Shown in pieces: positions 27,787 through 35,533 of a stretch of DNA of 64,000 nucleotides. A program made the translations under genes and the position numbers. A model generated the notes under the pieces. It saw only the letters and a program-made list of their open reading frames with translations. It ran no database searches and was not told the DNA's origin. How positions within the stretch are numbered: position 1 is the first letter of the stretch; every line of letters starts with the position of its first letter. The DNA is from a virus (lineage: Duplodnaviria; Caudoviricetes): IMG/VR virus record IMGVR_UViG_3300028886_000037, positions 32,001-96,000 of that record. The stretch is one strand, 5' to 3'.

Positions 27787-28983
27787 ATGAAGAAAGGACT
27801 AGAAGTAAGGTTATACCCATCTAAGGAACAAAGAGTACTCATTGACAGAACTCTAGGTTGTTCTCGTTTTGTGTATAATCGTGTTCTAGCCTTAAAGAAA
27901 GAACTATGGGAAGACTATAAGCTATCATTCAATCCCAACCTGAAGAGTTTTAAGGAAGAATGGAAATTTCTGACGAAAGTACCAAGTCAGGCATTAGCAA
28001 ACAGTTATGTGGATTGCATGACTGCTTATAATAACTGGTTCAATTCACTAAAAGGAAAATCTAAAGCTAAACAATCATACCCAAAGTTCCATAAGAAAGG
28101 ACAGAAAGACTCCTTTAGGATTGCTGCTACAAAGACTTCTAAAGGCTATGATGTAAGGATAGAGGACTATGAACATATTAAAGTCCCAAAGTTAGGTGCA
28201 GTTAAATTCCGAAACTATAATGGAATAGACTGGTCTAAAGTTCACATCTATAACATAACGATTAAAAAGACTCCTACTAATAAGTATTTTGCTAGTCTTT
28301 GCTGTGAACTTCCAGAACCTGAATATGTAGAGCCTAAATTTAATGCTTGTGGGTTTGATCTTGGAATTAAAGACTTTGCTATCTTTGATTACGGCGAAGT
28401 AATTGAAAATCCAAAGTATTATAGAAAGACTGAATATAAGATAAAGAAAACACAAAGAGTTTTAAGCAAATGTGTAAAGTTTAGCAAGAACTACAAGAAA
28501 GTCAAGTTAAAACTCGCTAAACTACACGAAAAGATTAGGAATCAAAAAAAGAACTTTCAACACAAATGGTCAAGGAAAATAGTGAACGAAAACCAAGTCA
28601 TTGTTTCCGAAGACTTGAATGTTAAAGGCATGTTGAAGAACCATAAACTTGCAAAATCTATACAAGATGCAAGTTTTAGTTCATTCTTCAATATGATAGC
28701 ATACAAATCTAACGAACAACATAGACAGTATGTAAAGATAGGAACATTCTATCCATCGTCTAAGTTATGTCACTGTTGCGGATTCAAGTACAAAGGTCTA
28801 AAACTCGAAGAACGCTTTTGGACTTGCCCACAATGCGGAACATACTTAGACCGTGATGAGAATGCGGCAATCAATATACTAAACGAAGGTCTTAGAATTT
28901 TAAGTAGAAATACCGTAGGAAGTACGGGAAACGATAAATCGTTTAAGCCTGTTGATACTGATTTGAGTACAAACCTTGAGTAG
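27787..28983 (+). CDS. tnpB: RNA-guided endonuclease TnpB (IS200/IS605 OrfB), catalytic residues intact
   Basis: HTH RLYPSKEQ..GCSRFVYN; RuvC-I GFDLG; RuvC-II VSEDL; Zn finger CHCC/CPQC; RuvC-III DRDENAAINI. Confidence 0.95.
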   Translation: MKKGLEVRLYPSKEQRVLIDRTLGCSRFVYNRVLALKKELWEDYKLSFNPNLKSFKEEWKFLTKVPSQALANSYVDCMTAYNNWFNSLKGKSKAKQSYPKFHKKGQKDSFRIAATKTSKGYDVRIEDYEHIKVPKLGAVKFRNYNGIDWSKVHIYNITIKKTPTNKYFASLCCELPEPEYVEPKFNACGFDLGIKDFAIFDYGEVIENPKYYRKTEYKIKKTQRVLSKCVKFSKNYKKVKLKLAKLHEKIRNQKKNFQHKWSRKIVNENQVIVSEDLNVKGMLKNHKLAKSIQDASFSSFFNMIAYKSNEQHRQYVKIGTFYPSSKLCHCCGFKYKGLKLEERFWTCPQCGTYLDRDENAAINILNEGLRILSRNTVGSTGNDKSFKPVDTDLSTNLE

Positions 28984-29078
28984 GAATCAGTCATAGTTTG
29001 TAGACATTCTGTAAGCTACGCTGGAAAGTCATCTGTTTTAGCAGAGTGACTTACTTCATACTCTTACCAGCCGTCGAA
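28905..29078 (+). ncRNA. Putative omegaRNA (reRNA) scaffold plus guide
   Basis: Overlaps the tnpB 3' end (ACCGTAGGAAGTACGGGAA...), contains the subterminal hairpin, ends TTCAT; predicted guide ACTCTTACCAGCCGTCG. The 5' boundary is approximate. Confidence 0.6.
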
Positions 29079-29969
29079 CGGGTCAAACGGATCAGATTTA
29101 CGCTTCTGATTGACTATCTGCGGCGGTTCGTCTTGCGGTTCGTAGACGTGAATTCTCGTGTTGATCTGAGATTTTTGGATGATTTCTGGCTCTTTGCCTT
29201 CCGATTTTCGCTCTTTCTCAGTGTAAGGATTCACAGTGTCTTCGTTCTTCACGTAGTCATTTACCGCTAAAATGTCGTGATGCGACTCGATGTCTGCTGT
29301 TCTGTTCTCTATGTCGAAGGTCTCTGCGAGCGACGTGAACTTCTCGATCGGCATATCGTCGTCGTTCTCGTTCATCACGTCCACGTCCTCGTGATTGTTC
29401 TTCCAGATTCTCAACGTGAACGTGTAAGTGATCGGAGTTCCGAGGAATGCAGTTCCTTCTCCAAACGCCTTCACGTTGATGATCTCGTAGTACTTGTCGT
29501 TGAACTTGAAATACATCAAGTCGCCGATCTTCGGCTTATACATCTCGTACTTGATCGCAGTCCTGTCGTAGTCGTACTGGCTCGCTTCGTTGAAGTGTGC
29601 GATAGTCGCCTGGACTTCGAAGACTTCCTCGTAGAGCATACCCTGAAGCTGGTACTTCTTCTGGAGATTCGGAATCTTGTCAGTGTAGACGGATAGTCTG
29701 AATCGACGGACGATATTCTCCAACGGATCTTCGCCGAAGAGACGGTCACGCTTAGTAGAGATCTGCTTCACGTAGTAGTCGATCTCGAATCCGAACTGAT
29801 TGTAAGCTTCCGAAGTCAGAGAGCTCATCAAAGCTGCTTCGTTAGCGTAGCAGCTGTTTGGATCAGTGCCATCGAACGGAAGAGACTTGTTCCAGTCCCA
29901 ACCGCTAACGGTGCAGCCTCCTGAGCCGCCCCAGATTCTATTGAACTCTTCTTGAAAATCTGTACTCAT
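29064..29969 (-). CDS. gp14: Neck protein gp14-like
   Basis: G.EIDYYVK....DRLFGEDP, PKIGDLMYF, YYEI; C-terminal DPF; start at MSTDF (29969). Confidence 0.85.
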   Translation of the reverse strand: MSTDFQEEFNRIWGGSGGCTVSGWDWNKSLPFDGTDPNSCYANEAALMSSLTSEAYNQFGFEIDYYVKQISTKRDRLFGEDPLENIVRRFRLSVYTDKIPNLQKKYQLQGMLYEEVFEVQATIAHFNEASQYDYDRTAIKYEMYKPKIGDLMYFKFNDKYYEIINVKAFGEGTAFLGTPITYTFTLRIWKNNHEDVDVMNENDDDMPIEKFTSLAETFDIENRTADIESHHDILAVNDYVKNEDTVNPYTEKERKSEGKEPEIIQKSQINTRIHVYEPQDEPPQIVNQKRKSDPFDPFDGW

Positions 29970-29992
29970 GCTTATAGTATATATATTGTGAT

Positions 29993-31303
29993 ATGAACGT
30001 CTCCACAATCATCTGCACCTACATCTACCAGACTTTTGTCACCATAAAGACTGCTTTAGAGGTTACGCAGGCTGCAGCAGACAAGATACTTGACCTGATC
30101 TACGGTCTTGTCAAGCTTGCTCTGTGGAGCGTCAGAGAGATTCTTGATCCGATCATCAAGGTCATCAGAAATTCCATAACATCTCTGATCAAGTCATTGG
30201 GCTCATTGTGGATACGAGATTTCTCGAACACGAAAATGTGTCAAAATCTCTACAAGTGCGAGTTCTTCCGTGACTATCTTCTCAATCCTGACTCGATATT
30301 CTCGAAAGCCGTTTGTGGCATGTTCGGCTTAGACGGAAGCGACCGATATTCTAGAGTTCAGGCTGAGCTTCACGAGATAACTCAAGACTTCCAGCGTTTC
30401 AAGGAGCAGATCTGCTCTGGCATCTCGCTCGACTTCACTCTGTCTGCGATCACTGGTCTGTTCCAGAGCTTCTTGGCTCAGATCAACAAATGGCTGAGAT
30501 GGCTGCAGCGCAAGGTTGACGCTGTGTACCGCTTCTTGAGATACTATCTTGACAGCTTGAAGCGTTGGGGTGTTTTCGATCTTCTCAATCAGCTGAAGGC
30601 TATGTTCGACTGTATCTTGGACGAGACAGAGATCTGTGCTAGCAACGAGACTGCTGCATCGTTCTATCAGGCGTTCACTGACAAGATGAAGATATACTGC
30701 ACGAGAGCTAACGACTGGATCATCAAGCCGAACTACGAAGAGCTGTGCACGAGCTTCATGAAGGGAAAGATCCGTGAATTGAAGGATATGTGCAACAAGG
30801 TCGAGAACGGACTACGACTCTTCGTCAACCCGAGCAACATTCATCCGACTTCTGACTGCCTCAACCTGGCTGGTCACATCACTGGAATCGGAAAGTTCTT
30901 AGTCACCGGAAAGGCATCTAACATACCCATCTACAAGTACTGCAAGAACAAGATCAACGCTATCATAGACGCATGGAACGGAACGAATCCGACAGTCCAG
31001 TACTCTAGCGTTGATACTCTTCTCGAGGATCTTCGTTTCGAGAGAGATGGAGTCTATGTCAAGGATACGAAGCTTGCGCTAGAGCAGAGTGGAGCTGACG
31101 AGATGAATATGTCTCTTGACGGCACCGAAGACACTAGCAGCATGAACAAGGCCATCATCGTCGGTGACAACGTCTACTCGGCAGCATATCTTCTCTATCT
31201 GTTCCAGCAGAACGACAATGAGGCTGTCAACTACTTCAACGAGTACAACGTAGCCTACACAGATCTTGTGAATCTGGCAGACTGCGCTAAATTTTACGAA
31301 TAA
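29993..31303 (+). CDS. Hypothetical helical, Cys-containing protein (436 aa)
   Basis: Long ORF with phage codon usage, divergent from gp14 across a 23-bp gap. Confidence 0.55.
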   Translation: MNVSTIICTYIYQTFVTIKTALEVTQAAADKILDLIYGLVKLALWSVREILDPIIKVIRNSITSLIKSLGSLWIRDFSNTKMCQNLYKCEFFRDYLLNPDSIFSKAVCGMFGLDGSDRYSRVQAELHEITQDFQRFKEQICSGISLDFTLSAITGLFQSFLAQINKWLRWLQRKVDAVYRFLRYYLDSLKRWGVFDLLNQLKAMFDCILDETEICASNETAASFYQAFTDKMKIYCTRANDWIIKPNYEELCTSFMKGKIRELKDMCNKVENGLRLFVNPSNIHPTSDCLNLAGHITGIGKFLVTGKASNIPIYKYCKNKINAIIDAWNGTNPTVQYSSVDTLLEDLRFERDGVYVKDTKLALEQSGADEMNMSLDGTEDTSSMNKAIIVGDNVYSAAYLLYLFQQNDNEAVNYFNEYNVAYTDLVNLADCAKFYE

Positions 31304-31304
31304 T

Positions 31305-32951
31305 TTACTTCGCTACGACTTCAACATATTTGAGGTTGAAGTTGAAGTGACATGCTTCGGCAGAGATATTCTCGTCAGAATCCTTCAATCTAGCAGAGAA
31401 CTTGAACTGGAGATTTCCTGATCCACGAGCGATTCCAGATAGAGGAAGATCGATGATATTGAATTCATTGATCGGCATCTTAGCCTTAATCGTGTGATCC
31501 ATTCCGTCGTCACTAGTTACGGTTACTGCGATGTCTGCTTCAGTGTTTGCAGTCAAGCCGTCATTAGCGACTTCGACGAGAGCGTGCCATTCGTAGATCT
31601 TGTCGTCTGGTAGAACGACAGTTCCGTTCTCTACGTCCAATGTGCCGCCATTTGTAGCGTTCTTTGTGAGGTTAGCCATCACTAGCTCGGCGTATGTACC
31701 GTTATTAGATGTCGGCAGAGAGATATTGTTGTCCTGAAGCGAAGATCCTCTGAACCATTGCATTTCACTCGGATCGCTTGATCCAGAACCGCCGCCTGCA
31801 GAGATCTTCGCTACGCCAAGATGCTTGATCTTAGCTTCTGCTCCAGTCGATCCGACCTTTACCTTGACAGACATCAATGTGCCATCGGAAGTTATGTGCT
31901 TCAGGAACGAGAAGCCTGCGCTGTAACGATTTTCATCGATTCTTGGAGTGATCGTGTTGCACTTCATGAAGCCTTCTCCGAAGTCAACTTCGAGATCGGC
32001 TAGAGTGTCTATTCCTTCATCGAGCTGAACATCGATGACTGCGTTGACTTGATAGATGCCTGAGTCGAGCGCTAGCTCTGTTGCGCTGCTTGCCCTAATC
32101 GAGCGGCCGCCGAAGTCTGGGTTGCTAGGAAGATACAATGGAAGCGCATCTTCATCTCCGACTTCACGAACTTCTCCATTGTCGCCGATCCAGTAAACAG
32201 GACCATCCCCGTCGTTTCCGCTGCCACTTCCGCCCTGCTCGATGCAGAAGATGTTGTTGACTGAGAATGAGATGCCTGGAATAGTCTCTTCTGCGGTCAT
32301 GTGCAGCTTGACAGATTCAAGATTCTGAGCCATCCAAGTGATAGACTTTGTCACCTTGTGAGCTTTAGTGCCATCGATTCTGAAGTCGAAGTCATATACT
32401 TCGCCCGGTGCAGTGTCAGCAGTGATGTGAACTGTGTACTCATGATCTGCTGGATCAGTTACATTTGCGATGACTTCTGCTGAAAGAATGTATTGCTTGT
32501 TAGTAAGCATGCCAACGACTGAGTCATTCTCGATTCCGAGATATTCATGACCTATAATGTGATCATCTCCATCTGGCAGAGGAAGATCTGCTGTTGACGG
32601 TTGTACGAATGTGATCCAAGTCTGTGGAAGCTCGCTTGACGAAGTGCCCTTGTTAGAGTTCACGTAAGCTAGCTTTCTCTCGCCGTTGACGCTCAGATCG
32701 TAGATGATCTTGCGGTCTTGTTCGCTAGTTCTCTTCGTTACGTTTATGGACTCATCGTCGGAAGTGACTTCGACCTGATAGTTGCCATACTTCGCAATAG
32801 CCTTAGCGAGAATGATGTCGTTATCCATCGCAGGCTCGATGTTGTTGTCATTGAGCCAGTTACCGTCAGCGATCGTTCTGCGGTTCCACTTGGAGACTTC
32901 GTAGAGCTTAATATTAGTTCCTTCAACAGTGAATTGTCGTGTTTTAGCCAT
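31305..32951 (-). CDS. Putative virion structural protein (collar/fibre-like, beta-rich modules joined by Gly/Ser linkers)
   Basis: Downstream of gp13; GATAAATA at 32982-32989 (-); GGSGSG linkers. Confidence 0.45.
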   Translation of the reverse strand: MAKTRQFTVEGTNIKLYEVSKWNRRTIADGNWLNDNNIEPAMDNDIILAKAIAKYGNYQVEVTSDDESINVTKRTSEQDRKIIYDLSVNGERKLAYVNSNKGTSSSELPQTWITFVQPSTADLPLPDGDDHIIGHEYLGIENDSVVGMLTNKQYILSAEVIANVTDPADHEYTVHITADTAPGEVYDFDFRIDGTKAHKVTKSITWMAQNLESVKLHMTAEETIPGISFSVNNIFCIEQGGSGSGNDGDGPVYWIGDNGEVREVGDEDALPLYLPSNPDFGGRSIRASSATELALDSGIYQVNAVIDVQLDEGIDTLADLEVDFGEGFMKCNTITPRIDENRYSAGFSFLKHITSDGTLMSVKVKVGSTGAEAKIKHLGVAKISAGGGSGSSDPSEMQWFRGSSLQDNNISLPTSNNGTYAELVMANLTKNATNGGTLDVENGTVVLPDDKIYEWHALVEVANDGLTANTEADIAVTVTSDDGMDHTIKAKMPINEFNIIDLPLSGIARGSGNLQFKFSARLKDSDENISAEACHFNFNLKYVEVVAK

Positions 32952-32999
32952 GTGCAATACACTCCATGCTTTCTTTCTAGTTATTTATCGCTATTTAGG

Positions 33000-33809
33000 T
33001 TAGCCGACTAAGATCTCGGCTGTTGGACTCTCAAGATCGATTCTCTCTTCGCACTTCTCGATCATATCCTTGAAGTCTGCGGCTAGAGAGTCGCCGTTCA
33101 ACTGACCACCGCCTGCGAGCTGCAATGTGTACTTTCTAAGAGCGAGAGTCCACAGCCAGCCAGCTTTTGCGACTAGATACTTACGGAATAGCGGATCCTG
33201 AATGAGGTTTAGGACGTGCTCGCGCTTATAGACACGGAGAAGACAGCGGTCTGGGTAACGCGGAGTAGGACGTACCATGAGCGCTTTCTCTTCTCTGATG
33301 TACTTTACGCTGTATTTTCTTGCGAAGTCCATCTTCGCTTCTTCCAACCAAGTGAGCGTAGCGTTCCAGTTGCCCAGAACGTCGCCGTAATCAGCACCGC
33401 CCCAACATGTTCCTGGGAAAGTCATGCCTCCCCACGGGAATTGCGAGACTAGCGCATTCGTAACTGGAGATAGAAGGTTGTCGGTGAGTCCGAGGAAGCT
33501 GGGAAGATTCAGATCAACCACTTCCTCGAGTTCCTGACAGATCTTGTAGTGAGTCATTCCGGGAACGAGCTGGAAAGCCAAGTAGTCTTCACGATGTCCT
33601 TGGCTGTAGTATTTCCAGAAGTATCTTATGCAGTCACCGATCAAGTCCATAAGCTGCTCGTCTGACAACTCTACGCAGATTCTTGGTGCACCAAGCTGAC
33701 GAAGAACATAAGCCTTCAACGCGGCTAGATTGTCGATCCAACCAATGTCGTAGTACGGATCTCTGTGCTCGCAGTACTTCGGTAGTCTCGGATTGCTGCT
33801 CTGTATCAT
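33000..33809 (-). CDS. gp13: Neck protein gp13-like
   Basis: LKAYVLRQLGAPRICVELSDEQL; C-terminal LRKY..LAGGGQLNG. Confidence 0.9.
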   Translation of the reverse strand: MIQSSNPRLPKYCEHRDPYYDIGWIDNLAALKAYVLRQLGAPRICVELSDEQLMDLIGDCIRYFWKYYSQGHREDYLAFQLVPGMTHYKICQELEEVVDLNLPSFLGLTDNLLSPVTNALVSQFPWGGMTFPGTCWGGADYGDVLGNWNATLTWLEEAKMDFARKYSVKYIREEKALMVRPTPRYPDRCLLRVYKREHVLNLIQDPLFRKYLVAKAGWLWTLALRKYTLQLAGGGQLNGDSLAADFKDMIEKCEERIDLESPTAEILVG

Positions 33810-33828
33810 AGATCAGCCTCCCAGCTAA

Positions 33829-34464
33829 TTACTCACCATAGTCTTCAGGATTAGTTTCCTGGAATGTAGAGTAGACAATATCTACTTCACGTGTGATCTT
33901 TCCGTCACCTTCCTGATCCAATGTCGTAGAGTGAATTCCCATTGGCCAGCAGTAGTAGAGTGTGTAGTCGTGAGGCATACCCTGTGCTAGTCTTGAGTCG
34001 AAGCATGTTAGCTTGATCTTTGCGCTATAGTCTCTCATGTAGTTGGAGACAGCAGCGCCAGTCTTCTGGTCGAAATAGACAGCAGCGTCGCCGCCATCCT
34101 GACCGATGTCAGCGTTGTGCATGAGGTTCATCCAAGCTTGGAACATGTGAGAGGTCGTCCAGTCTTGGAACTCGTCAAACTTCAACGTAATCTGGCCGTC
34201 TTGCTTCATACGGCCCGGGAAGACTTTCTTTGATCCTTGCCAATGGGTCACAAGCGTATTTTCGACCTTTCTTTCTGGTAGAGCTGCGGTTTTGCATCTC
34301 AACGTAAACTGACGTGTACCGCCGATATGCGGACTATCGAACAACGTAGCGAGAGGTGTACCCTTCTCAGGAATGATCACAGCTTGCCATAGGAAGTTCT
34401 TAGCGATATCCTTGAAATTGTCGATCTCGCTAGTAAACACGTTCATATCATTTTCAGCTGCCAT
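33829..34464 (-). CDS. gp19: Tail tube protein gp19-like
   Basis: LRCKTAALP, KVFPGR, ITLKFDE, FQAWMN, YTLYYCWP motifs; TATAAATA at 34499-34506 (-). Confidence 0.85.
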   Translation of the reverse strand: MAAENDMNVFTSEIDNFKDIAKNFLWQAVIIPEKGTPLATLFDSPHIGGTRQFTLRCKTAALPERKVENTLVTHWQGSKKVFPGRMKQDGQITLKFDEFQDWTTSHMFQAWMNLMHNADIGQDGGDAAVYFDQKTGAAVSNYMRDYSAKIKLTCFDSRLAQGMPHDYTLYYCWPMGIHSTTLDQEGDGKITREVDIVYSTFQETNPEDYGE

Positions 34465-34501
34465 AGCAATTTACTCCTAAATGTACTCTTTTACTTGTTA
34501 T

Positions 34502-35524
34502 TTATAGACGTTGAATTGCGGCCGATACAGTTACTACATTCTTGATCGTAGCCCTATTCTCTGGAGACGCCGCCCAGTCGTTCTTAATCTGAGTTTCCCA
34601 AACCGAAACTTCAAAATCTCCTTTCATAGGAGCTGATTGTCCGTCTAGAATCGTCATCACATCCATCGTTTCCGTCTTTGTCCCTTGAAACTCTGTCGGG
34701 AGCATGTTGACTGCTTCGGTGAGCTCATCAACGAGATAACCAGACACGTTCTGGAATGCGACCTGCTCTTTCATTCCCTCTGGAATGAAGCCGCTCGTCA
34801 TGACGTGATAAATCGGATCTGCGTTAGTGAAGAGATAGTCTTTCGTGTAGCCCTGGGAGTTTTCGTAATACGACGGAATCGTTCCTTCGCCGATGCTGCA
34901 TCTATCAGCATTAGGTGGGAAGACATAGTCTGGCGCAGAAAGTTCTTTCTTTTCCGCTTTTCCCTGAACGATCAGCGGTGGAAGTGCAGTGATGTACTGA
35001 CCGGTTACGCTCAACAGAACATAAGGATTCTCTGGATCCTGTTCTTCTGGAATATGGCTCTCTGGCTCTGTGCATTCGAAGAGCACATAAGAGTCGTCGA
35101 AACCCTCAGTCTCTGTGCCATCGGAGCACTTAGCTGGAATGTAGATCGTCAGCTCGTAGCGGTCTTCCTGTGAGTTGTATACGAACTGAGTGTCGTAGAA
35201 GACGGAAGCCGTGATAGGAAGTCCATCTTTGTCGAGACGTGTTCCGAGATTGAACGTGAGCTCGCGATTCTCTCCAAGGATCTCGTTAATTGACAGCCAG
35301 CATCGCTTCATGATGTCTGGATTCGACATCTCTAGCTCTGGAATGTTCTCCACAGAGATCGTCGTGGCGTCATACATGTACGGATGTAGCTTCGCATTCG
35401 TAACGTGGACAAGGAGACGCTCACGGCCATCTTCGACTACCACTTCGCTAGTCGTGTAAGACGCCGTAACCTCTTTGTCGTTGCTTTGTCGAATTGACTT
35501 AAATGCGTTAGTTAGATCGGCCAT
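34502..35524 (-). CDS. Hypothetical structural protein (340 aa)
   Basis: Lies between gp6 and gp19; acidic and beta-rich. Confidence 0.45.
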   Translation of the reverse strand: MADLTNAFKSIRQSNDKEVTASYTTSEVVVEDGRERLLVHVTNAKLHPYMYDATTISVENIPELEMSNPDIMKRCWLSINEILGENRELTFNLGTRLDKDGLPITASVFYDTQFVYNSQEDRYELTIYIPAKCSDGTETEGFDDSYVLFECTEPESHIPEEQDPENPYVLLSVTGQYITALPPLIVQGKAEKKELSAPDYVFPPNADRCSIGEGTIPSYYENSQGYTKDYLFTNADPIYHVMTSGFIPEGMKEQVAFQNVSGYLVDELTEAVNMLPTEFQGTKTETMDVMTILDGQSAPMKGDFEVSVWETQIKNDWAASPENRATIKNVVTVSAAIQRL

Positions 35525-35533
35525 TCAATCCTC

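Larger units (their letters stand above)
27579..29059 (+). mobile_element. Non-autonomous IS200/IS605-type (tnpB-only) element
   Basis: Visibly AT-rich island; tnpB with no tnpA; right-end hairpin 29026-29052 followed by ...ACTTCAT; ATACTCT on both flanks (27577-27583 and 29058-29064). Boundaries approximate. Confidence 0.75.

Noticed and set aside
27787-28983. TnpB as a Cas12f effector or a catalytically dead TldR-type regulator
   Set aside because: No array or cas genes nearby, all three RuvC acidic residues are present, and an IS605-type right end follows.
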